A stretch of DNA of 32,000 nt from Bacteroides sp. (GCF_029057325.1 NZ_JAICZW010000015.1:5378-37377); one strand, 5' to 3'; positions 15,393 to 29,053 are shown, numbered from the stretch's first letter. Numbers and translations are program-made. Notes: generated by a model not told the origin, from the sequence alone.

Positions 15393-16391
15393 ATGGAAGA
15401 GCTATTATTGCGTTATATCGAAGGGAAGACATCGAAGGAAGAAGATGCCACGGTGGAAAAGTGGGTACAGGAGTCGGAAGACAACCGCAAACTGATGCGT
15501 AGTATGCAGCGGATAGATTTTGCTACAGAGATGTTGCAGGTGGCTTCCGGGGTAGATGTGGAAGAGGAGCTGAAGAAGCTCCATCGGAAGATGGAGGGTG
15601 GCAGGCGCAGGCGTGTGGCGATAGGCCGGTGGATGCAGCGGGTTGCCGCAGTGCTGTGCATCCCCTTGCTTGGCGGGTGGATTTACACATATCTGGCCCA
15701 TGAACCGGAAGTGGTGCCTCAAAGGATGGAAGTGCGGACCAGTCCGGGCATGACGGCAAAGGTGACCCTGCCCGACAGCACGGTGGTGGTGCTGAATTCA
15801 TCGTCTATGCTGACTTATGCTTCTGCATTTACCGGTGAGACCCGCGAGGTGGAATTATCCGGAGAGGCGTTCTTCACGGTGAAGAAGGATGCGAAGAGAC
15901 GCTTTGTGGTACATACTTCCCATGGAACTTCGGTGATGGTTTATGGCACCAAGTTCAATGTCGATGCTTATGAGGATTCTCAGAAGGTGTTGACTACTTT
16001 GGTCGAAGGGAAGGTTAGCTTTTCATTTCCCAATAGTGGGGAGACGAAGGAAGTCGCTTTGGCTCCGGGGCAGAAACTGGCGTATGATATCGGGCAGGAA
16101 TCTATCAAGCTGACTCAGGCCAATGTGGATGTGGAAACTTCCTGGAAGGACGGACGCTTGTATTTTGACAACACATCCTTTGAACAAGTGCTGGGCAGCT
16201 TGGGCAAACGCTATGGGGTAGAGTTCATCCTCCGTAAGGAATCGCTGAAGAAGAACTCGTTCACAGGAGTCTTTGTCAATCAGCGGCTGGATAGGATTTT
16301 AGAGCATTTCAGCCTGGCTTCCGGTTTCCGGTTCAGGTATATAGAAGACAAGAATATACATCGAGAGAAACAAATAATAGAAGTTTATTAA
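15393..16391 (+). CDS. FecR-family transmembrane anti-sigma factor (332 aa from ATG 15393)
   Basis: Typical N-terminus (LLLRYIEGKTSKEEDATVEKWV), a central TM span (VAAVLCIPLLGGWIY) and a FecR periplasmic domain (V.LPDSTVVVLNSSS.L.Y...R.V.L.GEAFF.V). The track start 15387 is a TTG; ATG 15393 is preferred. Confidence 0.88.
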   Translation: MEELLLRYIEGKTSKEEDATVEKWVQESEDNRKLMRSMQRIDFATEMLQVASGVDVEEELKKLHRKMEGGRRRRVAIGRWMQRVAAVLCIPLLGGWIYTYLAHEPEVVPQRMEVRTSPGMTAKVTLPDSTVVVLNSSSMLTYASAFTGETREVELSGEAFFTVKKDAKRRFVVHTSHGTSVMVYGTKFNVDAYEDSQKVLTTLVEGKVSFSFPNSGETKEVALAPGQKLAYDIGQESIKLTQANVDVETSWKDGRLYFDNTSFEQVLGSLGKRYGVEFILRKESLKKNSFTGVFVNQRLDRILEHFSLASGFRFRYIEDKNIHREKQIIEVY

Positions 16392-16557
16392 CCTTATAAA
16401 AAAACAATAGTATGACAAAGACATGAAACTAAAAAAACATACAGGAAAATATTAGGCGTATCTCCCTGTATGCAAAAAACAAACATTTTCTATCTGTTTA
16501 GGCGACAGATAAACAAACAATGCTTTTATTAATCGTAATTCAATTCATTACAAAGTT

Positions 16558-19500
16558 ATGGAAAAACACAATTGTATCCAATCATTTGGGGTGAAAAATA
16601 CCCTGGTGAGCGGTGTTAATAAAATTTCTCTTGCTATGAGGATTGCACTTTTTATGCTGTTTTGCGTGGTTGGCTTTGTTTCGGCCGACAACAGTTATGC
16701 ACAGAAGACAATGCTGAGCATCTCGTCGAACAACAAGATGATTCGCGACGTATTGCGTGAGGTAGAACAACAGAGTGAGTTCACGTTCTTTTACAACAAC
16801 AATGAGGTGGACGTGACGCGTAATATTTCGGTCCGTGTAGAGTCGAAAGACATTTTCACCGTGCTGGACAAAGTGTTCGAAGGCACTGGAGTCTCTTATA
16901 AGGTACTGGACAAGAGCATCATTCTCTCCACCCGTCCGGCAGCCGATTCTTCCGCTGCCGTGCAGCAAGTCGGGAATGTCAAAGGAAAGGTGCTGGATGC
17001 AGCCGGCGACCCCATCATCGGTGCCAACATCATTGTGGTAGGTACCACCAACGGTACCATCTCTGACATCGACGGCAATTTCTCCATCCAAGCCGGCAAG
17101 GGCGATGTGCTCAAAATCTCCTATATCGGGTTTGTGGACAAAACTGTTACGGTGGCTGATGCCAAACAACTGACCATCACGCTGAAGGAAGATACCGAAA
17201 CGCTGGACGAGGTCGTAGTTATCGGTTACGGTACGCAGAAGAAGTCGGACGTATCCGGTTCGGTAACTTCGGTGTCGGGCGACAAGCTTTCCAAAATTCC
17301 TACTGCCAATGCCGAGATGGCGTTGCAGGGTATGGCTCCGGGTCTGTCCGTGAATTTCGGCAGTGGTGCTGCCGGTTCTTCCGCCACCTTGCAGGTGCGT
17401 GGTGTTACCTCCTGGAAGGACGATGATGGCGAAAACAGCGAGAGCAACGGTCCGCTGGTAATCATCGACGGTGTGCCGGGCAACATGTCCTACCTGAACC
17501 CCGAAGACATCAAGTCTATCTCCGTATTGAAGGATGCTGCCACGGCGGCCATCTACGGTGCCCGTTCGGCTGCCGGTGTCATTCTGATTGAAACCCACCG
17601 CGGCACGATGAATACTGCTCCGAAGATTACCTTCTCCGGCTACTGGGGATTGAGTTCCATGCCCAAGCGTCTGGATGTCTGCAACTCTGCCGAGTTCATC
17701 CAAGTGCGCAAGATGGCGCTGACGAATGCCGGTACACCGGAAAGCCGCTGGCCCAAATACATCAGCGAGTATGAGCGCGACCCGAGCCAGTTTGCCGATA
17801 CCGACTGGCAGAAGGAGTATTACCAACGCGGTTTCACGCAGAAATATAACATCGGTTATACGGCCGGTAGCGCCAACTCCAACGTTTCTCTCTCTGCTTT
17901 TTATAGCAATACGGACGGTGTGACTATCGCCACGGGAGATGAGAAGTTCGGTTTCCGCTTGAATTCCGACGTTAAGCGCGGCAAGTTCAAGATGGGCGAA
18001 TCGGTAAGCTACAGCCGCTGGGCGGCTGAATTGGAGTCCAACTCCGGTTTCTCATCCATCTATCAGGTGACCAACATGGAGCCGCTGGCTTTCCTCTACG
18101 ACGAGAACAACGACGGCGGTTACGGTGGTGCCATCTCGGGCATGGGTATGTCCGATGCCGGTAACCAGGTGGCTTTCAACAAACTGATAGACAACACGGC
18201 CAGCAACGACTATATCGCCGCTTCCGGTTACCTGCAATACGAGCCGGTGAAGGACCTTATCGTGAAGTTCAGTGCCAGCCGTAACATGTACTTCGGCAAA
18301 TCTCGTCTTTTCAGACCTACCTATGAGATAGGTTCGGCCAAGCGCAACACAATGGCCACCCTGTCCGAATCGCGCACGCAGACCACCAACGACCTGTTGG
18401 AACTGACTGCCAATTATGACAAGACCTTTGCCGAGAAGCACAACCTCTCCCTCTTGCTGGGTCTTTCTCAGGAAGAGAACAAGTACGAAGACCTCAGCGC
18501 CTATGGTGCCGACTTCGAGAACAACAGCATGAGCCTGATGGGACATGCCAAGAGCAACTATTCCGTAGGCGGTACCAAGACTCGCAGCGCCTTGCGTTCG
18601 CTTTTCGGCCGTGTGAACTACAACTACCAGATGCGCTACATGTTGATGGCCTCCTTCCGCTACGATGGCTCTTCACGTTTCGCCAAGGGCAACAAGTGGG
18701 GATTCTTCCCTTCCGTATCACTGGGTTGGAACATTGCCAACGAGCCTTTCTGGGAAGACCTGAAAGAAACGGTTTCCATGTTTAAGTTCCGCTTGAGCTA
18801 CGGTGCGCTGGGTAACCAGAATATCGGTCTTTATCGCTACATCCCGACGCTGAGCTACAATACCAACACCCTGAACTACCCCTTCGGCGGACGCGACACC
18901 TCTATGGGATATGCCATCACTTCCTTCCCCTCGAGCGGCATCAAGTGGGAAACGACGGTGTACAAGAACATCGGTGTAGATGTCAGCCTGTGGAACAACA
19001 AGTTGGAATTCTCTGCCGAAGCCTATATTAAGAACACCAGCGACATGCTTTCCAGCCGCAACATCAGTCTGGCTACCGGATATAATCCCTCCATCCTGGT
19101 GAACGACGGCAAGCTGCGCACTACCGGTTTCGAGATGCAAGCCATCTATCATGGCAAGGCAGGCGGCCTGAAGTACGACTTAGACCTGAACCTGTCTCAC
19201 TACAAGAGTGTGCTGAAGTCCATGGCCAATCCCGACTATCTCTACGAATATGGCGCCCTGCGCACTTACGTAGGCGGTGAAATAGGTGAGTTCTGGGTAT
19301 ATCAGACTGCCGGCATCTTCCAGAACCAGCAGGAGGTGGACGAGTGGAACTCCGAACACGGCTATAAGGACCAGAATGGTGACTGGCGTCCGTTGCAACC
19401 GGTAGCCAAGCCGGGTGACATCCGTTTCGTGGACCAGAACGGCGATGGCATGCTCGATACGAACGACCGTGTGAAGGTGGGCAGCGGTACACCGAAGGTG

Positions 19501-19983
19501 TCACTGGGTTTCAACGTCAACCTGGCTTACAAGGATTTCGACCTGGTAGCCAACTTCTACGGCGACTTTGGTGCCAAGCGTTACAACTACACCAAGTATC
19601 AGTTGGAACGTATGGACCACGTGTTCAACTACGGTAAGAATGCCTTGAAGGCATGGACACCCGAGAATCCCAACACAGACATTCCGCGTGCCGTATCCGG
19701 TGACCCCAACGGCAATGCCCGTACCTCTACCCGTTTTGTGGAGAACGGCGACTACCTGCGCCTGAACAACCTGCAACTGGGTTACAACCTGCCGGCCAAG
19801 TATTGCAAGAAGATTGGTTTGGGCAACTTGCGCGTCTATGTAGGCGGTACCCGTCTGTTCACCATCACCAAGTATAAGGGTTACGACCCCTCTACCGGTT
19901 CTTCTGTCGGGCAGATGGGTATGGACTATGCGGCCATTCCTCTGAGCCGTGACTTCATGTTGGGTCTTAAATTCGGTTTCTAA
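16558..19983 (+). CDS. SusC/RagA-family TonB-dependent transporter with N-terminal STN signalling domain (1141 aa)
   Basis: STN-type extension (IRDVLREVEQQSEFTFFYNNNEVDVTRNISV...GVSYKVLDKSIILS), then carboxypeptidase-regulatory-like domain, plug (DEVVVIGYGTQKK) and barrel ending LGLKFGF. An alternative start at 16636 (MRIALFML...) is possible. Confidence 0.92.
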   Translation: MEKHNCIQSFGVKNTLVSGVNKISLAMRIALFMLFCVVGFVSADNSYAQKTMLSISSNNKMIRDVLREVEQQSEFTFFYNNNEVDVTRNISVRVESKDIFTVLDKVFEGTGVSYKVLDKSIILSTRPAADSSAAVQQVGNVKGKVLDAAGDPIIGANIIVVGTTNGTISDIDGNFSIQAGKGDVLKISYIGFVDKTVTVADAKQLTITLKEDTETLDEVVVIGYGTQKKSDVSGSVTSVSGDKLSKIPTANAEMALQGMAPGLSVNFGSGAAGSSATLQVRGVTSWKDDDGENSESNGPLVIIDGVPGNMSYLNPEDIKSISVLKDAATAAIYGARSAAGVILIETHRGTMNTAPKITFSGYWGLSSMPKRLDVCNSAEFIQVRKMALTNAGTPESRWPKYISEYERDPSQFADTDWQKEYYQRGFTQKYNIGYTAGSANSNVSLSAFYSNTDGVTIATGDEKFGFRLNSDVKRGKFKMGESVSYSRWAAELESNSGFSSIYQVTNMEPLAFLYDENNDGGYGGAISGMGMSDAGNQVAFNKLIDNTASNDYIAASGYLQYEPVKDLIVKFSASRNMYFGKSRLFRPTYEIGSAKRNTMATLSESRTQTTNDLLELTANYDKTFAEKHNLSLLLGLSQEENKYEDLSAYGADFENNSMSLMGHAKSNYSVGGTKTRSALRSLFGRVNYNYQMRYMLMASFRYDGSSRFAKGNKWGFFPSVSLGWNIANEPFWEDLKETVSMFKFRLSYGALGNQNIGLYRYIPTLSYNTNTLNYPFGGRDTSMGYAITSFPSSGIKWETTVYKNIGVDVSLWNNKLEFSAEAYIKNTSDMLSSRNISLATGYNPSILVNDGKLRTTGFEMQAIYHGKAGGLKYDLDLNLSHYKSVLKSMANPDYLYEYGALRTYVGGEIGEFWVYQTAGIFQNQQEVDEWNSEHGYKDQNGDWRPLQPVAKPGDIRFVDQNGDGMLDTNDRVKVGSGTPKVSLGFNVNLAYKDFDLVANFYGDFGAKRYNYTKYQLERMDHVFNYGKNALKAWTPENPNTDIPRAVSGDPNGNARTSTRFVENGDYLRLNNLQLGYNLPAKYCKKIGLGNLRVYVGGTRLFTITKYKGYDPSTGSSVGQMGMDYAAIPLSRDFMLGLKFGF

Positions 19984-20003
19984 TTAAATTTAATACGAAG
20001 ATT

Positions 20004-21539
20004 ATGAAATTCAAAAACATACTATTATATGCTGCCCTGTTGGGCGGAATGTCTTTCTCCTCTTGTGCAGATTTCTTGGATGAAGACTCTAATCCCAATG
20101 CTTTGTCGCCCAGCGTGTTCTGGAAGAACGAAGGAGATATTATGAAAGGGTTGACCAGTGTTTACGCAGCTTTGCAGCCGAATGTGTCGTGGGCGGTACC
20201 CTTCGAACGCTACATCGTGATAGACACCTACCGGAGCGATGAGATAACGCATCGCGATGACGTGACCAGTTGGATGAACATCTCTTCCTTCAACATCGAA
20301 TCTACCAACTCCGTCATCCGCAAGGAGTGGACCAACCTCTATATGGGTATCAACTATGCCAATCAGTGCCTGAGCAACATCCCCAATGTTCCCGGCGATT
20401 CCGAGGCGCTCAATGCCCTGAAGAAGCAGACCATGGCCGAAGCCCGTTTCCTGCGTGCTTACTTCTACTATCGTCTGTATGTGAACTTCGGCGAGCGAGT
20501 GCCCATCTATCAGGAAGCACTGACCGGTACGAACGAAGAGTTCTATCCGCCGCAGGCACAGTCCGGTGAACTGGTGAACCTGATTGAATCGGAACTGAAA
20601 GCTGTGCAGAGCGACCTGCCTGAAAGCTATGAAGAAAGCGACAAGGGACGTGCCACATGCTATACGGCGGCGGCTCTTCTGGGCAAGTTCTACATGTTCC
20701 GCAAGGAATTGAGCAAGGCCGAAGCTGAGTTCAAGAAAATCATTGATAAGGAAGGCATCCTGTTCGGCCTGATGGACAATTGGGCAGACAACTTCGACGG
20801 TATGCACAAGAACAACAAGGAGTCCCTGTTTGAAATCCAGTTTACCGGCGATCGTTCCGGCGGACATTCCGAATACAACCTGTTTGCCGTGCATTTGGGT
20901 CCCATGGCCGGACTGGATGCCTACGAGGAGGCTTATCCTACGGAATGGATGAGCCAGACCCTGCTGGCCGACAAGACGGTAGATGGCAAGTCCAGCGACC
21001 GCTTGCTGAATACACTTATCTTCGATGACCCCGACTGCCGTCCTTTCTATTACGAAGATGGCAAGTCCTTCAAGGACTATCACAACGAAGGCGAAATCTT
21101 CTGGCACAAGTACGTTACCCATACCGATGGCATGAGCGACTACTGGGATTACAGTTTCTTCAACGTTTCCGTGATTCGTTATGCCGATGTGCTGCTGCTC
21201 TATGCCGAGTGTCTGAACGACCGTGGCGAAACGGAGGAGGCCATCCGATATATAAATAAGGTACGTGCCCGTGTCAATGTGCCGGCATTGCCGCTCACGA
21301 TGGGCAAGACCGAGGTGCTGAAGCACCTGCAGGAGAAGGAGCGTCCTTGCGAGTTGGCATTGGAAGGCTCGCGTTGGTACGACTTGGTTCGTTGGGGCAT
21401 TGTGGAAGAGACCCTGAAGGCACACAACAAACCGTTCGTGCAGAACTACGTGAACACCAAGCACCAGTTGCTTCCTATCCCTCACAACGAATTCCTGCTG
21501 AACCCCGATTGGGAACAGAACCCCAACTATAGCAAGTAA
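20004..21539 (+). CDS. SusD/RagB-family lipoprotein (511 aa)
   Basis: Lipoprotein signal (MSFSSC), then ADFLDEDSNPN. C-terminal SusD motifs (R.ELALEG.RWYDL.RW). Sits 20 nt after susC. Confidence 0.9.
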   Translation: MKFKNILLYAALLGGMSFSSCADFLDEDSNPNALSPSVFWKNEGDIMKGLTSVYAALQPNVSWAVPFERYIVIDTYRSDEITHRDDVTSWMNISSFNIESTNSVIRKEWTNLYMGINYANQCLSNIPNVPGDSEALNALKKQTMAEARFLRAYFYYRLYVNFGERVPIYQEALTGTNEEFYPPQAQSGELVNLIESELKAVQSDLPESYEESDKGRATCYTAAALLGKFYMFRKELSKAEAEFKKIIDKEGILFGLMDNWADNFDGMHKNNKESLFEIQFTGDRSGGHSEYNLFAVHLGPMAGLDAYEEAYPTEWMSQTLLADKTVDGKSSDRLLNTLIFDDPDCRPFYYEDGKSFKDYHNEGEIFWHKYVTHTDGMSDYWDYSFFNVSVIRYADVLLLYAECLNDRGETEEAIRYINKVRARVNVPALPLTMGKTEVLKHLQEKERPCELALEGSRWYDLVRWGIVEETLKAHNKPFVQNYVNTKHQLLPIPHNEFLLNPDWEQNPNYSK

Positions 21540-21564
21540 TCTCTTATAATATCGACAATCGTTT

Positions 21565-23634
21565 ATGAAACATCTATTGCCTATATGCGGCGTATGTGGC
21601 ATCCTATGGCTGGGGGCATGTACCCCGGCCGCCACACAGCCCGGGGAAGCCTTGTTTACGATGCAAGAAGACTTCCCGAATTTGCTGAATGTGAAGAACG
21701 TGCCCGAACAATCTTACGGGGGCGACCTCAACCTGTTTTCCGACTTAGGTGCTTGGAGTGGCTATGCCTTGCCGGTGAACCAGAGCCGGGCGTTTGCCGG
21801 TGCCTTCATCGGTCCGATGACGATGACCGGTAGAGGATGGGTGGCACAGACCTTGGCACAGCCCACACTGCTGGTTGATGGTGAGAAGTACGACTTGACA
21901 CGCAACACGCAGACTGCGAAGTACCTGCCCGGCAAGCTGGTGCAGACCTTCAAGGATGCCCGACTGGAATTCACCACCGAGCTCTGCTTTGCCACCTCGC
22001 GCACGGCCTTTGTGCGTTCCGTCGTTACCAACCTTGCCGACAAGCCCCTGAGCGTGTCGCTGACCTGGGACGGCGGTGTTTTTGAGAAGAATTCTGTGGC
22101 TTCCGCCGTGGACAAGGGCGTCAGGTTCAAGTGTCCGTTCTACGGCCGCCGCTGGGGTGCCAACCGTCAGGTCATTGTCCTGAACAACGAGCCGCCGGTG
22201 GACGAGGTGACGACTACCGTACGCTTCCGCACGGCGGACGAAGTGGTGGCCATCGGAAACGACAGCCTGCGTGCCGTCGAGAAGACCGACTATGTGCTGC
22301 AACCCGGAAAGAGCTACACTTCGGAGTACACCCAGACCCTGACCCTGAAGGGAGAAGACACGGAAGCGGAAATCGCCGCTATGAATGCCCTTCCCTTCGA
22401 CCAATGTTTTGCCGACAATGCCAAGCGCTGGAACGAAGGACTGCAACGCGTGCTCTCCACCGACAGCCCTTATCTGAAGGAGAACGCTTACCGCAACATC
22501 GTGGTGAAGGCGCTGATGACCCTCAACTCCAACTGGCGTACGCCTGCCGGCGACATCCTGCACGGATGCAGCTTCCCGTCGTACAACGGTTTCATCGGCG
22601 GTTGCTGGTCATGGGATGCCTGGCAGATTGCTTCGGGCAATGTCTTCTACAATCCCGAAGGGGCCAAGAGCGAAATGCTCTCTCTGTTCGACTATCAGGC
22701 GGAGAACGGCATGGTGCCTGACTTCATCGGTTACAACAAGGCGCGCAACAACTGGCGCGACTCCAAGCCACCCGTAGCCTCTTGGGGTGCCATGAACGTC
22801 TATAAGGCCACTGGTGACAAGGCGTTCCTGGGCGAGATATTCGACAAACTCTATAAGTTCCACCGCTGGTGGTTTGCCGAACGCGACCACGACCACAACG
22901 GCATCTGCGAGTATGGCTCTACCGATGGCACCCTGATTGCCGCTGCCTGGGAAAGTGGTATGGACAACGGCGTCCGCTTTGACAACACCCGGATGCTGAA
23001 AAACGAGATGGAAAATGCCTGGTCTATGGACCAGGAGAACATCTGTCTCAACTCCTTCCTCTATGTGGACAAGCTGACGCTGGCGGAGATGGCCACTATT
23101 CTTGGCAAGCAGGAACTGGCAAAGCAGTTGACCGATGAGGCGGAAGTCATCAAGCAGTATGTACAGACCAAGATGTACGATAGCGAAAGCGGCTTCTTCT
23201 ACGACATCCGTCTGGATGACCGCACGCCTGTCAAGGTAATGGGAGCCGAAGGGTGGCTGCCTTTGTGGGCCGGCATCGCTACACCGGCGCAAGCGGAAAG
23301 CGTGAAGAATATCATGATGGATGAAAAACACTTCAACTCTTACTTGCCGTTAGGCACGCTCGATGTCAGCCATCCGGCGCTGCGACCCACGTTCGGTTAC
23401 TGGCGCGGACCGGTCTGGTTCAACCAGGTATATTTCGGCATTACGGGCTTGAAGCGTTACGGTTATGACAAGGAAGCCGACCTGCTGACCCGTAAGTTCA
23501 TGGCACATGCCCAAGGACTGATGACCGACGGCCCCATCCATGAGAACTACAATCCGTTGACAGGCGAGGTGCTGAATTCGCCCAACTTCGGATGGTCTTC
23601 CGCTTTGATTCTGAGGTTGCTGCTGAATCAATAA
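21565..23634 (+). CDS. GH63-like (alpha/alpha)6-barrel glycoside hydrolase, lipoprotein (689 aa)
   Basis: Lipobox LGAC. Motifs CWSWDAWQ, DHDHNGICEYG and YWRGPVWFNQVYF resemble the GH63 processing-glucosidase/YgjK catalytic domain (recalled WRGP.W.N.NY signature). Family assignment is from memory, not a search. Confidence 0.6.
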   Translation: MKHLLPICGVCGILWLGACTPAATQPGEALFTMQEDFPNLLNVKNVPEQSYGGDLNLFSDLGAWSGYALPVNQSRAFAGAFIGPMTMTGRGWVAQTLAQPTLLVDGEKYDLTRNTQTAKYLPGKLVQTFKDARLEFTTELCFATSRTAFVRSVVTNLADKPLSVSLTWDGGVFEKNSVASAVDKGVRFKCPFYGRRWGANRQVIVLNNEPPVDEVTTTVRFRTADEVVAIGNDSLRAVEKTDYVLQPGKSYTSEYTQTLTLKGEDTEAEIAAMNALPFDQCFADNAKRWNEGLQRVLSTDSPYLKENAYRNIVVKALMTLNSNWRTPAGDILHGCSFPSYNGFIGGCWSWDAWQIASGNVFYNPEGAKSEMLSLFDYQAENGMVPDFIGYNKARNNWRDSKPPVASWGAMNVYKATGDKAFLGEIFDKLYKFHRWWFAERDHDHNGICEYGSTDGTLIAAAWESGMDNGVRFDNTRMLKNEMENAWSMDQENICLNSFLYVDKLTLAEMATILGKQELAKQLTDEAEVIKQYVQTKMYDSESGFFYDIRLDDRTPVKVMGAEGWLPLWAGIATPAQAESVKNIMMDEKHFNSYLPLGTLDVSHPALRPTFGYWRGPVWFNQVYFGITGLKRYGYDKEADLLTRKFMAHAQGLMTDGPIHENYNPLTGEVLNSPNFGWSSALILRLLLNQ

Positions 23635-23708
23635 TACTTTTGACCGAAGGTGCACACTTTACTTGCTGAAGGTGTGTCAAAACGAAAAGGAACTGACATA
23701 ATGATAGA

Positions 23709-23777
23709 TTTTAGGCACGGATTACACGGATTAGTCAAGAAGAAAACCGTGTAAATCTGTGTAATCCGTGCCTAAAA
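23709..23777. repeat. Long perfect hairpin/inverted repeat (19-bp arms, extendable to about 24 bp)
   Basis: TTTTAGGCACGGATTACAC (23709-23727) is the exact reverse complement of GTGTAATCCGTGCCTAAAA (23759-23777). It contains the direct duplication CACGGATT. No U-tract follows on either strand. Confidence 0.9.
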
Positions 23778-23869
23778 GAAATCGAGATGCATGTTTTGAC
23801 ACATCTACCAGAGGTATGGTGGAGGTACCGATGAGAATAGGTCGTTTCTATAAACTTATCTGAACCCGT

Positions 23870-24037
23870 TGGCAGAATTAATTTGCAGACCTGCTCCCTG
23901 GTGTTTTCTAATGCGTTGATTATCAGATGTTGAAAAATGACTTGACAGACACTTGTGTTCAGCGTGACAAACACTTGTGTTCAAGCTGACAGACACAAGT
24001 GTTTGAGACGACAGACGCAAGTGTCTGTCAAACCGGG
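23870..24037. repeat. Second copy, inverted, of the palindrome-array element (array 23944-24029)
   Basis: 24010-24037 is the exact reverse complement of 1956-1983 (28/28). There are four palindromes with centres at 23953.5, 23975.5, 23997.5 and 24019.5 (22-bp phase). Flanking similarity continues through ...ctgataatca... to about 23870, matching about 1956-2140. Confidence 0.85.
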
Positions 24038-24102
24038 AAATATAGGGGGAATAGCAGAAGTTATTTCCTTGCGGATTTAATTCCGCCAACAGGTTTATCT
24101 AA

Positions 24103-27363
<3,261 letters not shown>

Positions 27364-27385
27364 TGGATATCAAATAAAAGTGGAT

Positions 27386-28921
27386 ATGAGAAAGAAATGT
27401 GTAGTATGGGCGGTTGTCTTGTGTGGGGCAATCTCATCGCATGCCCAGGTTTGCCAGCCCGAAGGAATGGCTTTTCGGGTGAAAGAGGAAGCTTTCAACC
27501 GTTCGCAGGTAGAAGAGTTGTCGCAATTCATGACTGATGAGTTAGGTCCTCGTCTGGCAGGCTCTCAGATGAGTGAACGGGCTGAAAGGTTGGTGGTGGA
27601 TAGACTGAAGGAGTGGGGGCTTGCCAACCCCAGAACAGAGGTCGCTTCTGAATATCCCAAAGGAGGTTGGGACAATGAGAAAAACTATGTGGCCATGACC
27701 TTCCCTTATTATTGCAGTTTTGCCGCCAATCCCAAGGCATGGTCAGGTAGTACGGACGGTTTGGTGAAAGGTGAATGTATGGCACTTGACGTGAAAACTA
27801 AAAGTGATTTGGAAAAGTATCGTGGAAAACTAGCGGGAAAGATTGTGCTGATGCCTGTTCAGCAGGAGTATCAGATTTCCTACGAACCTTTGGCCAGCCG
27901 CTATACGGACGCGCAATTGCAGAGAATGACTCAAGACCGTCGTCCGGGTAAACGCCGCCAGGCATCGGATGGTGAGAACTGGAAAGCCATGCAGGAATTG
28001 CAGCATGCTGTCTCTTTGTTTTTGAAATCGGAAAATGTGCTGGCAGTAGTCTGTGGCGGTGGTACGTTCAATGTCCCTACGTCGCGAAGAGTAGAATATA
28101 AGATAGGTGATTCGCAGCCTGTTCCGGAAATCATTCTTCCTATCGAAGACCACGGACGCATGGTACGCTTATTGAATAGGGGCAAAAAGGTGGAAATGGA
28201 ACTGGATATTCAGAACCGTTTTACTGAGACCCGTCATGTCAATAATGTCATAGCGGAAATTCCGGGTTGCGATTCCAAGTTGAAGAACGAGGTGGTGCTT
28301 ATCGGTGCTCATCTTGACTCTTGGCATGGCGGTACCGGAGGGGCTGACAACGCATCGGGTTGCATCGTTATGATGGAAGCTATGCGCATTCTTCGGGCAC
28401 TGGGTATTTCCCCTCGTCGTACCATTCGTCTGGCTTTATGGGGCGCGGAAGAACAGGGGTATTATGGTTCCAGAGGCTATGCTTCCACGTATCTGTATGA
28501 TTCGAAGAAGGGGAGTGCTTTGCCCGGATATGACCGGTTTGCCCTTTATCTGAATATGGATTTCGGTTCCGGACGTTTTCGAGGAGTCTATTTGGAAGAA
28601 AACGACCAGGCGGTACCTTTCTTTGAAACATGGATGAAGCCTTTTAAATCGTTAGGATTCACTACGCTTTCGCCTTTCAAGGTCGGCAGTACCGACCATG
28701 TCAGTTTCTCTGTGCTGGGACTTCCTGCTTATCAGTTTATTCAGGATCCGTTGGAGTATGACCGTACCTATCACACGACAATGGACACTTACGAGCGTCT
28801 CTCATTGGAAGACCTGAAAGTGAATGCCGCTATCGTGGCATGGCTTGCCTTGAATGCCGCGATGGACGATAATCGCATTCCTGCCAAGCCCGGTTATCCG
28901 GAGGCTTATTCCCGACGTTGA
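27386..28921 (+). CDS. M28-family zinc aminopeptidase-like protein (511 aa from ATG 27386)
   Basis: Signal peptide MRKKCVVWAVVLCGAISSHAQ. M28 metal-ligand motifs (GAHLDSWHGGTGGADNASG, LWGAEEQGYYGS, TDH). The upstream part of the ORF (27299-27385) overlaps the end of lacZ and is rejected. Confidence 0.8.
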   Translation: MRKKCVVWAVVLCGAISSHAQVCQPEGMAFRVKEEAFNRSQVEELSQFMTDELGPRLAGSQMSERAERLVVDRLKEWGLANPRTEVASEYPKGGWDNEKNYVAMTFPYYCSFAANPKAWSGSTDGLVKGECMALDVKTKSDLEKYRGKLAGKIVLMPVQQEYQISYEPLASRYTDAQLQRMTQDRRPGKRRQASDGENWKAMQELQHAVSLFLKSENVLAVVCGGGTFNVPTSRRVEYKIGDSQPVPEIILPIEDHGRMVRLLNRGKKVEMELDIQNRFTETRHVNNVIAEIPGCDSKLKNEVVLIGAHLDSWHGGTGGADNASGCIVMMEAMRILRALGISPRRTIRLALWGAEEQGYYGSRGYASTYLYDSKKGSALPGYDRFALYLNMDFGSGRFRGVYLEENDQAVPFFETWMKPFKSLGFTTLSPFKVGSTDHVSFSVLGLPAYQFIQDPLEYDRTYHTTMDTYERLSLEDLKVNAAIVAWLALNAAMDDNRIPAKPGYPEAYSRR

Positions 28922-28951
28922 TAGTTCATCTGTTTTGAAATAGTAATGTTT

Positions 28952-29004
28952 ATAGAACTATGCTCGCTACAAGAATCTGTGGCGAGCATAGTTCTATGTT
29001 TTTT
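28952..29004 (+). terminator. Rho-independent terminator ending the GH2-M28 unit
   Basis: 16-bp perfect stem ATAGAACTATGCTCGC (28952-28967) / GCGAGCATAGTTCTAT (28982-28997), 14-nt loop, followed by GTTTTTT. Confidence 0.85.
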
Positions 29005-29053
29005 CGGGAGTTTATAGCTATGCCTTGAGGCTTGAAATGAAGCGTGGATGTCC

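Noticed and set aside
16438-16472. Hairpin (CATACAGG/CCTGTATG) between the anti-sigma gene and susC, with a T7 run only on the antisense strand
   Set aside because: It would terminate only antisense transcripts, and no minus-strand gene ends there. The stem is only 8 bp with a 19-nt loop, which is too weak to call a feature.
1816-24037. Composite transposon or genomic island bounded by the inverted repeat elements
   Set aside because: There is no transposase, integrase or tRNA target. The contents are core metabolic genes (speA, argB) and ordinary PULs, and the repeats share only about 185 bp of imperfect similarity beyond a 28-bp exact core.
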